64,000 bases of DNA, from contig MGCQ01000009.1 of assembly GCA_001790445.1 (NCBI GenBank), forward strand, positions 81,491-145,490, given 5' to 3'. The notes under the pieces are model-generated. The model was not told the DNA's origin, searched no databases, and saw only the letters and a list, made by a program, of their open reading frames with translations. Below are positions 28,165-37,748 of the stretch, in pieces; position 1 is the first letter of the stretch; each line of letters starts with the position of its first letter. Made by a program: the position numbers and the translations under genes. Origin of the DNA: Candidatus Saccharibacteria bacterium RIFCSPHIGHO2_12_FULL_41_12. GTDB lineage: Bacteria; Patescibacteriota; Saccharimonadia; Saccharimonadales; 2-12-FULL-41-12.

Positions 28165-28761
28165 ATGAAAATTACTGATATAAAAAAACAAGTTAAACGC
28201 AGTGATAGGTACTCTATATATGGGGACAATAAATATGTATTTTCTTTGTCAGAAAACGAGTTGTTGAACTCTGGGATTAAGATTAACCAAGAGTACGATG
28301 GGGAGGAATTAGAGAGACTGCAGAGGGTTGTAGTGCTTGATAAGGCTTACGACAGAAGCCTGAATATGATATCCAGACGTCCAAGATCTATCTGGGAAAT
28401 GAAGCAATACTTAAAGCAAAAAGATTACTCAGAAGACGTGATAGAAGAGGTGCTTAACAAGTTAAGTAATAGAAAATACATTGACGATCAGAAGTTTGCA
28501 GAGGCTTGGGTTCGTGACAGGCGACTTCTCAAAAAGACCAGTAAAAGACGGCTCCAACAAGAGTTGCGAGCTAAGCGAGTTAGTGATGAAATAATCCAAA
28601 AAGTACTGCTTGATGACGAAACGGATGAACATGAAGTTTTAAAACAGTTGATTGAAAAGAAACGCAGCCAAACCCGCTACCAGGACGACCAAAAACTAAT
28701 CCAATACCTAATCCGCCAAGGCTTCAACTACTCCGACATCAAAGGATTAATAAGCGTATAG
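28165..28761 (+). CDS. recX: Regulatory protein RecX
   Basis: Three-helix repeats ...ISRRPRSIWEMKQYLKQKDYSEDVIEEVLNKL...YIDDQKFAEAWVRDR match the RecX family. Confidence 0.75.
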   Translation: MKITDIKKQVKRSDRYSIYGDNKYVFSLSENELLNSGIKINQEYDGEELERLQRVVVLDKAYDRSLNMISRRPRSIWEMKQYLKQKDYSEDVIEEVLNKLSNRKYIDDQKFAEAWVRDRRLLKKTSKRRLQQELRAKRVSDEIIQKVLLDDETDEHEVLKQLIEKKRSQTRYQDDQKLIQYLIRQGFNYSDIKGLISV

Positions 28762-28765
28762 TTTT

Positions 28766-29395
28766 CTAAAAGTTAGGTGGAGTTGGGTCAACCTTAATAT
28801 TCCCGGAGTGAAATTTTACTTCATCAGGATAAATGCCAGTTACAGAGTTGATGCTTAATTTGGCTTGATCACCATTAGGCTCATCACCATGATTCTTGAC
28901 TGCGTATACGAGAGTTCCTTCTGTATTCGGTCCCAGTGGTATGTCGCCATCAAAGATGTTACCACCAACATAAGATCTGGCACCAATAGTTACATCAGGC
29001 TCGGAGGTACTAAGCGAAAGCGTAACTGATCTATCATGATTTGCAAGTGTTGCGTTTTGTTCTGGTTCTGGTAATGGTGGTTTGTTGTCATTAGTTTGTT
29101 TAGAATCAGGACTACAGCTATATAAGATAGCTGATGCACTTAAACTTCTATCCTCGGGGAAAGAGTCGTGAGCGCTGGAAGTGTTGAAGGGGGAGTCAGT
29201 ACGATGACTCCTTAATCCTTTTAACTTTAATCTATCGTTTAAATTTATTACTGCAAAATTTTTCGGGGTTTTCGACTTATCGCTACAGCCGAGTACTATA
29301 TCGTGGACAGAGGAGTTGTCTTTGCCACAACCAGAAAGGACAATGGCCAAACCGGCAGCAACTGCGAAAAGCTTAGTTCGTGCTTTTCTGGGCAT
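28766..29395 (-). CDS. Predicted lipoprotein (lipobox LSGC)
   Basis: MPRKARTKLFAVAAGLAIVLSGCGKD... The ORF track extends to 29443; the start at MPRK is preferred. Confidence 0.5.
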   Translation of the reverse strand: MPRKARTKLFAVAAGLAIVLSGCGKDNSSVHDIVLGCSDKSKTPKNFAVINLNDRLKLKGLRSHRTDSPFNTSSAHDSFPEDRSLSASAILYSCSPDSKQTNDNKPPLPEPEQNATLANHDRSVTLSLSTSEPDVTIGARSYVGGNIFDGDIPLGPNTEGTLVYAVKNHGDEPNGDQAKLSINSVTGIYPDEVKFHSGNIKVDPTPPNF

Positions 29396-29604
29396 AATGT
29401 CGTTCTTAAGTCGGCGGTCTTTCATAATTATTAATAATAACACAAAAAACTAAAATAGTCAATTAATAATTCCTGAACCACCCCGCGCTTCGTCAAAACA
29501 TTTATAACCACCTCTGTTAAGCCGTTATACTTAGTTGCTTGGGCTATTCCCCCACTCCGTTAATGGTAACTTATTTTCAAAGTGTGGGATGGTTCAGTAA
29601 TAAT

Positions 29605-30258
29605 TTATGCGTTTGCGGGGTTGAGGTTGGGTTCGTGGGCTTTTACGGTTGCATCTTCAATAATGATTCGAGTTTTGGTTGTTTCTATGACTTGTGACCT
29701 GTCTATGCTACTTTCTCCCGAGGTAAACCCTTTAATTAGACCTTTGGTAAAGTAGATCTTTTGAATTAACATACTTTCTACCTCAACTGCGTAGTCGCTG
29801 ACTTTTCCAAGGTTTTTGTTGTTTTCTGTTGTCACGTATTTACCAATCAACGAATAATTGAGTTCAATCAAATCTTTTAGCCTGATTAAGTCGCCGGCTG
29901 GGGACAGACTGTCAAGATCATTGATTGCAAAACCAAGAGGCAAGGTTTCGCGAATATCTTGGGTCATTAAATAAAGAACTTCTTTGCTAAATCTGTCTTG
30001 TACTGCCCATGCAACAATTTTAAGATTATCTGGGTTTATAACTGGACCAATGGTCGTCGCGATTTGTCCCCCAGCTCTTAGTGACATAATTGGATAATTA
30101 ATTAAGGTTTTTGAAAGCTTGAGCATGTTTTTATTATATACCTCAAATGTAAAAGTTGGGTAGGGTGAAACAATAAAATTATTTTTTGATCTGGGAGAGG
30201 ATTGTGCCGTTGGCTTTTCTTTTGGCGAGTGATTGACATTCGGCTTTGGCATCTGCAT
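29605..30258 (-). CDS. Hypothetical protein (possible PRC-barrel-like repeats)
   Basis: 217 aa. A likely true start at MLKLSK (about 30126) avoids overlap with ino1. Weak resemblance to the PRC barrel. Confidence 0.3.
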   Translation of the reverse strand: MQMPKPNVNHSPKEKPTAQSSPRSKNNFIVSPYPTFTFEVYNKNMLKLSKTLINYPIMSLRAGGQIATTIGPVINPDNLKIVAWAVQDRFSKEVLYLMTQDIRETLPLGFAINDLDSLSPAGDLIRLKDLIELNYSLIGKYVTTENNKNLGKVSDYAVEVESMLIQKIYFTKGLIKGFTSGESSIDRSQVIETTKTRIIIEDATVKAHEPNLNPANA

Positions 30259-31306
30259 ACATCATCTGAACAGGTGGGGTTTTTTGAGTCCAAGCACTTG
30301 GACCGCGCAGGGCTCCGACAACTCCAAGCTCTTTGGCCACTTTAAGGTAGCGAATAGCATCGACAACCACACCAGCGCTGTTCTCGGAATCCTGAACGGA
30401 TAGCTTGGCGTCGATAGTTACCGGTGCATCACCAAATCCACGCAGGCGAATGTTAAAGTAAGCCACCTTGTTATCTTCCAGATACGGCAGGTAAGTACTT
30501 GGTCCTGCAAAAAGACTATTTTTTGCGACTGGAATTCCGCGAATTTCGTTCTGAGCGCGGATGACATTTTCTTTTGACTCTTTTTTGCTGGCAAGTCGTG
30601 AGTGTACCATCATGTTGTTAAAATCAGTATTTCCACCGATGTTAATTTGTTGATGAAAATCAACTTCAAACCCTCTGTCAAAAGCCAGTTCTTGTAAGAC
30701 CTGGCTCAAAATACTGGCGCCAAGAGCACTGCGCATGTCATCACCGATAAGAGCCAGCCCTGCGTCAATAAATTTCTTTTCCCATTTGGGGTTTGATGCA
30801 ATAAAGACTGGGATGCAATTGAGGAACATGATCCCTGCGTCAATAGCACACTGGGCATAGAATTCGGTTGCGTCCTGAGAACCCACTGGCAGATAATTGA
30901 TCAAAATGTCAGCTTTTGTATCTTGGATCACTTTGACTATGTCGACGGGCTTCTTCTTTGCTACCCGAAATCCTTCGTCCTCTGGTTGCTCTTGCATGTG
31001 GCTTGACACTCCGTCGAGCACGTGCCCCATCTGTACGGTCGGACCTTTCGGCACCTTGGCAAAGGTTCGAGCACAGTTGGGCTTGGCAAAAATTGCTTCT
31101 CCGATCGGCTTGCCAACTTTGCGACTATCTACATCAAAAGCAGCAACTACCTCAATATCATCAAGGCGATATCCGCCAATGTCAGCGAACATCAGTCCAG
31201 GAACATTTTTTCCTTTAATGCCTTTGTAATGAGCAAATCCTTGGTATAGAGAACTGGCGCAATTGCCGACACCAACAATAGCTATCTTAATTGTTTTCTT
31301 TGTCAT
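30179..31306 (-). CDS. ino1: myo-Inositol-1-phosphate synthase (bacterial/archaeal type)
   Basis: KIAIVGVGNCASSLYQG NAD-binding N-terminus and overall MIPS architecture. Confidence 0.8.
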   Translation of the reverse strand: MTKKTIKIAIVGVGNCASSLYQGFAHYKGIKGKNVPGLMFADIGGYRLDDIEVVAAFDVDSRKVGKPIGEAIFAKPNCARTFAKVPKGPTVQMGHVLDGVSSHMQEQPEDEGFRVAKKKPVDIVKVIQDTKADILINYLPVGSQDATEFYAQCAIDAGIMFLNCIPVFIASNPKWEKKFIDAGLALIGDDMRSALGASILSQVLQELAFDRGFEVDFHQQINIGGNTDFNNMMVHSRLASKKESKENVIRAQNEIRGIPVAKNSLFAGPSTYLPYLEDNKVAYFNIRLRGFGDAPVTIDAKLSVQDSENSAGVVVDAIRYLKVAKELGVVGALRGPSAWTQKTPPVQMMYADAKAECQSLAKRKANGTILSQIKK

Positions 31307-31404
31307 TGATTTTCCTTATATAAATTTCTGTGTAACAAAGGTTATTCTAACATAAATTTTGTTTATTAAATATCTTAAATTGGGTGAGTGTATAATTATT
31401 ACTG

Positions 31405-31686
31405 ATGAGTGTAGATATCGAAAAAGAATTAGCTGACCTAAAAAAAGAAATCCAGCAGATAAAGTTGCGCAATAAAAGAGTTGAGGCCGATAAGGCATGG
31501 GAGACCAGTTTTCTCAGAGCAGTAATTATTGTTTTGATTACCTACATCTTTGCAATTGGATTTTTTGCTGTTATTGATCAGCCAAGGCCTTATATCTCGG
31601 CGATTGTGCCAACAGCGGGGTTTGCTATTAGTGTACTGTCGTTTGAAAAGATAAAATCAATTTGGCTTGGGAAGCATAATAAATAG
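31405..31686 (+). CDS. Small membrane protein (93 aa); stop overlaps the helicase GTG start
   Basis: Coiled N-terminus followed by two TM helices. Confidence 0.4.
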   Translation: MSVDIEKELADLKKEIQQIKLRNKRVEADKAWETSFLRAVIIVLITYIFAIGFFAVIDQPRPYISAIVPTAGFAISVLSFEKIKSIWLGKHNK

Positions 31687-33203
31687 TGGATCAGGCCTTA
31701 GCATTTGAAATATTAATATCTGGTGAGAATGCGCTGCTGACAGGGCCTGCAGGCTCCGGTAAGACATATGTTCTGAACCAATTTATTCGTCATGCCAAAA
31801 AATCTGGCAAAAAGGTGGCTGTTACCGCTACGACTGGTTTGGCAGCGACGCATTTGGGAGGCAATACCATTCATTCATGGAGTGGGATAGGGATTAAAGA
31901 TTCTATTTCTCCGTATCTTATTGCCGACATGCCAAAAAGCAGAATCGAAACCATCAGGACTACAGACGTGTTGATAATTGACGAAATATCGATGTTGCAT
32001 GACTTCAGGCTAGATATGATTGATCAAATTGCCCGCCGGGTTAGGGATGACGACAATCCTTTTGGCGGGCTTCAAGTAGTGCTTTGTGGCGACTTTTTCC
32101 AACTTCCACCGATCAATCGGGCTGGCGGAGTTGAAGGAACATTTGTGGTTAATGCGGATGTTTGGGAATCGCTTGATCTTGTGGTTTGTTATTTGGATGA
32201 ACAGCATCGCCAAAATGATGATACATTTTTAGAAATTTTGACTGCGCTTCGGTCTGGAGAGATTAGGCGTCACCACGCCGAGACATTACTGGGTCGTAGG
32301 GATATAGAAGTGGGCGAGGCAACAGAACTTCATACTAATAATATTGACGTTGACTATATCAACTCCAAGAAACTATCGGAACTTCCGGGCAAAGAGCATC
32401 ATTATACGATGAACCACACTGGTCAGGCTCATTATGTAGAAAATCTTAAAAAATCTTGCCTGGCGGTAGAGACGCTAGTTCTTAAAGAGGGTGCACTAGT
32501 CATGTGTATCAAAAATAGCCCAGAAAGACGCTATGTCAACGGATCTCTAGGCGTGGTCGTAGGCTTTGACAAAGAGTCAGATTATCCTATTATTGAGCTG
32601 AAAAATGGTCGACGGCTGACCATAATCCCTGATACATGGGAGCTTCGTGATGGTGATAAAAAGCGTGCTGGATTAGTCCAGTTGCCCCTGCGATTGGCCT
32701 GGGCAATTACAGTGCACAAAAGCCAAGGCATGACGCTAGATGCGGCCAGAGTTGATCTAACCAAGGCATTTGTCGAGGGAATGGGCTATGTGGCATTGTC
32801 ACGGGTACGGAGTCTGGATACTCTCAGTCTGCAGGGGATCAATCAGATGGCTCTCAGAGTTAGTCCAGAGGCACTTGAAATAGACAAGACATTGAGACAT
32901 AAATCTGCTAAATACGCCAAGAAATTTGAACATCTGCGGGTCATGGCCAAAAATCGTAAACTCAAACCCTTATCGGCGAAAAAAGCGAAAACTAGCAATT
33001 GGAATGACAAGCTTGCCAAAATGCGACTTGAGTACCCCAATGCCTACAGACCGTGGAAAAAGGAGGACGATGAAAAGCTAGTCAAATTGTTCTCTGGCAA
33101 CAAACCCGTTCTGATAAAAGAACTTACTAAAAAATTTGGTCGCCACCCCGGATCCATTCGTTCTCGCCTAATTAAACATTTCGGCGAAGACGCCATAAAA
33201 TAG
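31686..33203 (+). CDS. PIF1/RecD-family ATP-dependent DNA helicase
   Basis: Walker A GPAGSGKTY, DEISM, and helicase motifs through ...VHKSQG (motif VI-like). The C-terminal extension is basic. Confidence 0.75.
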   Translation: MDQALAFEILISGENALLTGPAGSGKTYVLNQFIRHAKKSGKKVAVTATTGLAATHLGGNTIHSWSGIGIKDSISPYLIADMPKSRIETIRTTDVLIIDEISMLHDFRLDMIDQIARRVRDDDNPFGGLQVVLCGDFFQLPPINRAGGVEGTFVVNADVWESLDLVVCYLDEQHRQNDDTFLEILTALRSGEIRRHHAETLLGRRDIEVGEATELHTNNIDVDYINSKKLSELPGKEHHYTMNHTGQAHYVENLKKSCLAVETLVLKEGALVMCIKNSPERRYVNGSLGVVVGFDKESDYPIIELKNGRRLTIIPDTWELRDGDKKRAGLVQLPLRLAWAITVHKSQGMTLDAARVDLTKAFVEGMGYVALSRVRSLDTLSLQGINQMALRVSPEALEIDKTLRHKSAKYAKKFEHLRVMAKNRKLKPLSAKKAKTSNWNDKLAKMRLEYPNAYRPWKKEDDEKLVKLFSGNKPVLIKELTKKFGRHPGSIRSRLIKHFGEDAIK

Positions 33204-33237
33204 TAAAATATAAAAGTAATCAAAAGATAGGAAAATT

Positions 33238-33750
33238 ATGGATAATAAATTATGCGTTCCTTTTGTTGGGGCAATCATTGAGAGACGACATAAAGGAAAG
33301 TTGCAGCTGCTCATACAAACTCGGCAACACAAGTTTACAGATTCAATTTACAATGGGACAATCGAATTTGCTGCGGGAGTAATGGATAAAGAATATGAGA
33401 ATGTTTACGAAGCTATTGCTAGGGAGATCAAAGAAGAAACTGGGCTTACGCTAAAGCGAGTTATCGATGATTCTCAGACAAAAATTCACTCACCGCAAAA
33501 AACTGACGCAGTGTTTGGCTTTAAACCTTTTTGTTGTACCCAGCAGTTAAAAGACGGCAGACCGTGGGTTGGCTTTATCTTTAGATGTGAAGTTGAAGAT
33601 GGTGAACCAGTAGCTCAAGAAGAAGAAACAGCCAATGTCCATTGGGTAGATGCCACAGAAGTCAAAGAATTATATGAGCAGACTCCAGAGAAACTTTTTA
33701 CTCTTGAAGTTCCTGCGTGGGATTACTATTTCCAAGTTGTTGATTTATAA
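33238..33750 (+). CDS. NUDIX hydrolase
   Basis: Nudix box AGVMDKEYENVYEAIAREIKEETGL. Confidence 0.7.
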   Translation: MDNKLCVPFVGAIIERRHKGKLQLLIQTRQHKFTDSIYNGTIEFAAGVMDKEYENVYEAIAREIKEETGLTLKRVIDDSQTKIHSPQKTDAVFGFKPFCCTQQLKDGRPWVGFIFRCEVEDGEPVAQEEETANVHWVDATEVKELYEQTPEKLFTLEVPAWDYYFQVVDL

Positions 33751-33857
33751 AATAGACTGTATTTTTGGAAGACACTACGCGGATAAAGAGTCCCTCAGGA
33801 CAAAATATTGTGGAAATGGTTTGAAATTTTCGATATTTTGGTGATAAAATTTATCTA

Positions 33858-35270
33858 ATGAAAAAGCTTATGCTTATTGCATTTTGTCTATTATTTTTTG
33901 TGCCAAATTTGGCACAAGCCGAAAATTTACCACCTCAAATTTTGATCACAGAGCTTCAAACAGCTACCACGACTTCCTCTGACCAGGAATTTGTTGAAAT
34001 TTATAACGATTCGGATGCAGCGGTAAATCTAGCTGATTATAATCTCGAATATTTTTCAGCAACTTCGACCAAAACTACTCCGACCTGGTTTGTAAATTTG
34101 GATGGTACTTTAGAGCCAGATAGTTATTATTTTGTCGCAAGACAAGGGTACTTGGCAGACACAAAAAATCTAGAGTTTACTAGTGCTCTAGCAGATACAG
34201 GTGGTTATGTCAGGATATCTCAAGTTAGCACGGGCGATATAATTGATGCTCTTGGCTGGGGTGGATCGACGAGATTTGAGGGCCACGTAGCTCCCGCGCC
34301 GGCAAAGAGCAAAAGCCTGGTCCGTTCTATGCAAAAAGATTTATATATTGATAGTGACGAAAATTTAAGTGACTTCTCTGTTTTGGACACACCAAATCCA
34401 GCAACTGTAAATTATGTATATGTGCCAGAACCAGAAATTTTATCCCCTCCTGATCCAACTCCAGTTTTGGACGTGGGCACCGATCCTGCTCCCGATCCTA
34501 CGCCAGATCCAGCCCTAGCTCCTGCAGAAATACCACCAGTTGTAACCCCAGAGTATCTTGAACCGTATATAACAGAGTTATTGCCAAACCCGGCTCCTCC
34601 CCAAACGGACGCTGATGATGAGTATATTGAGTTATATAATCCAAATGATATCGCGATAGATTTGTCTGGGTACAAAATACAATCAGGTAACACGTACTCT
34701 TATTCTTACGTCATCAGCGACTTGGTTATCTCCGCAAAATCATATGTGGTAATTTATTCAAAAGATAGTGGGCTGACACTTTCTAATACTTCGTCAAAAG
34801 CACATTTAATCAATAAGTCAGGACAAGTTGTTAGCGAAACTGATCAGTATTCTGACGTGCCGGAAGGCCAATCCTGGCAGTTTTATATTGGCGTTTGGCA
34901 ATGGTCAATTACTGGCTCGCCAGGAGCAAGTAACGTGCAAACTTTTCCAACGTCCCTTTCTACAATCAAAGCGGCGAGCCCAGCAAAACCAAAGTCTACA
35001 AAAACGGCCAAAGCTGCTGCAGCTAAAACGACCAAAGCCAAATTAGCGTCGGCAAAAACTACCACACCTAAAAAAACTACAAAGAAAACCGAAACAGGGC
35101 CAAGTAATAACTTTCAGGAGCCGACTTTGCCACGTACAATACATCCGCTCATGCTTGGCGGAGCAGGGTTGCTTGCGTTATCATACGGTGCATATGAATA
35201 CAGATTTGAATTATCAAATTTTCTCCGACAGCTCAGAGGTAACAGAATCTTTGGCGGAGGAGCTAGCTAA
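33858..35270 (+). CDS. Secreted/surface protein with two lamin-tail (LTD) domains, a Pro/Thr/Lys-rich linker and a C-terminal LPRT-hydrophobic-basic anchor
   Basis: Signal peptide MKKLMLIAFCLLFFVPNLAQA. Repeats ITELQ...EFVEIYN and ITELLPNP...EYIELYN. The C-terminus reads PTLPRTIHPLMLGGAGLLALSYGAY...RQLRGNR. Confidence 0.55.
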   Translation: MKKLMLIAFCLLFFVPNLAQAENLPPQILITELQTATTTSSDQEFVEIYNDSDAAVNLADYNLEYFSATSTKTTPTWFVNLDGTLEPDSYYFVARQGYLADTKNLEFTSALADTGGYVRISQVSTGDIIDALGWGGSTRFEGHVAPAPAKSKSLVRSMQKDLYIDSDENLSDFSVLDTPNPATVNYVYVPEPEILSPPDPTPVLDVGTDPAPDPTPDPALAPAEIPPVVTPEYLEPYITELLPNPAPPQTDADDEYIELYNPNDIAIDLSGYKIQSGNTYSYSYVISDLVISAKSYVVIYSKDSGLTLSNTSSKAHLINKSGQVVSETDQYSDVPEGQSWQFYIGVWQWSITGSPGASNVQTFPTSLSTIKAASPAKPKSTKTAKAAAAKTTKAKLASAKTTTPKKTTKKTETGPSNNFQEPTLPRTIHPLMLGGAGLLALSYGAYEYRFELSNFLRQLRGNRIFGGGAS

Positions 35271-35664
35271 AAGCCTGCGGGGTGGTGAAGTCATTGAAAT
35301 GATAGGTGATCTTGGCGCAGGCAAGACTACTTTTGTGCGCGGGCTGACGAGGGGTCTGGGATGTGTAGTTAACGTTACTAGCCCGACGTTTAGTCTTATG
35401 AATACATACTCATCGGGGCGGTTAAGCGTTAATCATTTTGATCTATATCGGCTGGAAGATATTGGTGCAGTTCGGCACGAAATCGAAGAAGCAACAAGTC
35501 ATCCCGAAAACGTTACAATAATTGAGTGGGCCAAACAGATAGATTACATCAAAGATCTGATAAAAATACGGATTGATCTAGACGCGGATGAACAGAATAG
35601 AAAAATACATTTCCTGGTTCCAAAAAAATTCGAATATCTAAAAAAGTCTTTGGAGAACAAGTGA
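35194..35664 (+). CDS. tsaE: tRNA t6A37 biosynthesis ATPase TsaE
   Basis: GDLGAGKTTFVRGL P-loop; the length and spacing fit TsaE. Overlaps the LTD gene 3' end by about 77 nt. Confidence 0.8.
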   Translation: MNTDLNYQIFSDSSEVTESLAEELAKSLRGGEVIEMIGDLGAGKTTFVRGLTRGLGCVVNVTSPTFSLMNTYSSGRLSVNHFDLYRLEDIGAVRHEIEEATSHPENVTIIEWAKQIDYIKDLIKIRIDLDADEQNRKIHFLVPKKFEYLKKSLENK

Positions 35665-36056
35665 GCATAGTTTTATTGATTAGAACTGACCAAGAACGAG
35701 CAGAAATAGCTTTGGGTAAAAAACTTGTCATCACAGATAACTGTAAATGGTTAGCTGGCCGCGAGTTATCAGCTACCTTGAACCATAAAATAGAAGAATT
35801 ACTCCAAAAAAATAATATTGAGTTTAAAGATCTAGGTGGATTGGTGTTCTACTCTGGTCCAGGAAGTTTTACCGGGCTGAGGATTGGCGTGTCTGTTGCA
35901 AATACGTTGGCTTATTCTTTGCATATTCCTATTGTTGGCAGTGTAGGTGAATCTTGGCAAAAGAACGGCTTAACGAGAATTATCAATAATGAGAACGACA
36001 AGATTGTAAAGCTCCATTATGGTAGTGAGCCAAATATCACAAAGTCACGTAAATAG
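35661..36056 (+). CDS. tsaB: TsaB (YeaZ)-like protein, N-terminal domain only (131 aa)
   Basis: YSGPGSFTGLRIGVSVANTLA is the TsaB/Kae1 family motif. About half the usual length. Confidence 0.65.
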   Translation: MSIVLLIRTDQERAEIALGKKLVITDNCKWLAGRELSATLNHKIEELLQKNNIEFKDLGGLVFYSGPGSFTGLRIGVSVANTLAYSLHIPIVGSVGESWQKNGLTRIINNENDKIVKLHYGSEPNITKSRK

Positions 36057-36221
36057 TATGATATAATTATTTTGGATAAGAGGACTTATCTAAGCGAGTT
36101 TACAGATAAATAATTAAATATTTTCGAAGAATTTTCAGAGATTGCGACCGTATCTAAAGAAGTGATAGTGACGATATAAGCATTCTCTACAAAAATTGCG
36201 AGAAACAAAGAGGAGAGACAC

Positions 36222-37736
36222 ATGGAACCGATTTCTATTGTGCTTGCCATTGTCGCGTTGGCGACTGGTTATGGTGTGAGCACTTACACTACAAAAAGAA
36301 AACTTAGCAATGTCGAGGCAGAAGCAGATAAAGAGTTAAAAAAAGCCAAATCAAGAGCTGACAAAATGGTGGAAGAAGCCAAGGCAGAAGCTTTCAAACT
36401 TAGCGACACAGCGCGGAAAGAAGACGCGCAGCGACGCACAGAATATAAAGATGTTGAAAAACGTTTACTAACCCGCGAAGAATCATTAGACAAAAAATTA
36501 GATCAACTAGACAAAAGGAATGAATCTCTTAGAAAAAGTGAAGACGAAATCGAAGACCTCAAAAATCACATCAAAGAGATTCGCGTCAAACAACAAGACA
36601 AGCTAGAAAAAATTGCCAAGTTGACCAAAACAGAAGCTGCGGATAAATTAATGCAAATGACAGAGCGAGATGTCAAAGAGGATCTTGTCGGCCTTGTTTC
36701 AAAACTCCAAAACGAAGCACGTGATAACGCAGATGAAAATGCAAAAACTATTATCCTCGGTGCAATGGAGCGAATGGCCAGCGAAGTAACAGCAGAGAGA
36801 ACTTTAACATCAATGAAACTTGAAGACGAGGAGATGAAAGGCCGAATTATCGGGAAAGAAGGACGTAATATTCAGGCTCTTCAAAAGGCCACTGGTGTGG
36901 ATATAATGGTTGACGATACTCCTGGTATGATTGTTTTCAGCTCGTTTGACCCTGTGCGGCGAGAAGTTGCTCGGCTGACACTTGAAATGCTGCTAAAAGA
37001 CGGGCGTATTCACCCTGGCCGGATTGAAGAGGTAGTTGAAAAAGCTCAGAAACAAGTTCAAAAAGACGTTATGCGTACAGGAGAAGACGCAGCCAGAGAA
37101 GTCGGCATTGTTGGAATTCCAAAGGAGATCTTACAATATTTAGGAGAGCTAAAATTTCGAACTAGTTATGGCCAGAATGTGCTCAAGCACAGTACGGAAA
37201 TGGCGCATATTGCAGGTGTGTTAGCCGATCAAATCGGTGCAGACGTCAAGACAGCTAAATACGCAGCATTGATACATGATATGGGCAAAGCCCTAACTCA
37301 CAAAGTTGAGGGTAAACATCATCACATTACAGGTGAGATCGCACGAAAATACGGCGTGCCAGAAGCAGTTGCTCACGCAGCAGAAGCCCACCACGATGAT
37401 ATGGAAGCAACCACACCAGAAGCCTTGGTTGTTAGGGTTGTCGATGCGATTTCAGCAGCTCGTCCGGGTGGTCGAAATATTAGTGTAGAGAACTTTGCAG
37501 AAAGAATGAAAGATCTTGAAAATGTCGCCACAGGATTTGGCGGTGTTGAGAAAGCTTACGCAATTAGCGCAGGTCGAGAAATCAGAGTTTTTGTTAAACC
37601 TGTCGACATTGATGATTTAGGTGCGATCAAGTTGGCACGCGACGTAGCAACCAAGATTGAATCCACCATGCAGTATCCCGGAACGATCAAGGTCAACGTT
37701 ATCCGCGAAACCCGCGCCACAGAATACGCTAAATAA
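36222..37736 (+). CDS. rny: Ribonuclease Y
   Basis: N-terminal TM helix, coiled coil, KH domain (GKEGRNIQALQKATG) and HD domain (HSTEMAHIAG...IHDMGKA). Confidence 0.9.
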   Translation: MEPISIVLAIVALATGYGVSTYTTKRKLSNVEAEADKELKKAKSRADKMVEEAKAEAFKLSDTARKEDAQRRTEYKDVEKRLLTREESLDKKLDQLDKRNESLRKSEDEIEDLKNHIKEIRVKQQDKLEKIAKLTKTEAADKLMQMTERDVKEDLVGLVSKLQNEARDNADENAKTIILGAMERMASEVTAERTLTSMKLEDEEMKGRIIGKEGRNIQALQKATGVDIMVDDTPGMIVFSSFDPVRREVARLTLEMLLKDGRIHPGRIEEVVEKAQKQVQKDVMRTGEDAAREVGIVGIPKEILQYLGELKFRTSYGQNVLKHSTEMAHIAGVLADQIGADVKTAKYAALIHDMGKALTHKVEGKHHHITGEIARKYGVPEAVAHAAEAHHDDMEATTPEALVVRVVDAISAARPGGRNISVENFAERMKDLENVATGFGGVEKAYAISAGREIRVFVKPVDIDDLGAIKLARDVATKIESTMQYPGTIKVNVIRETRATEYAK

Positions 37737-37748
37737 TAGACACTATTT

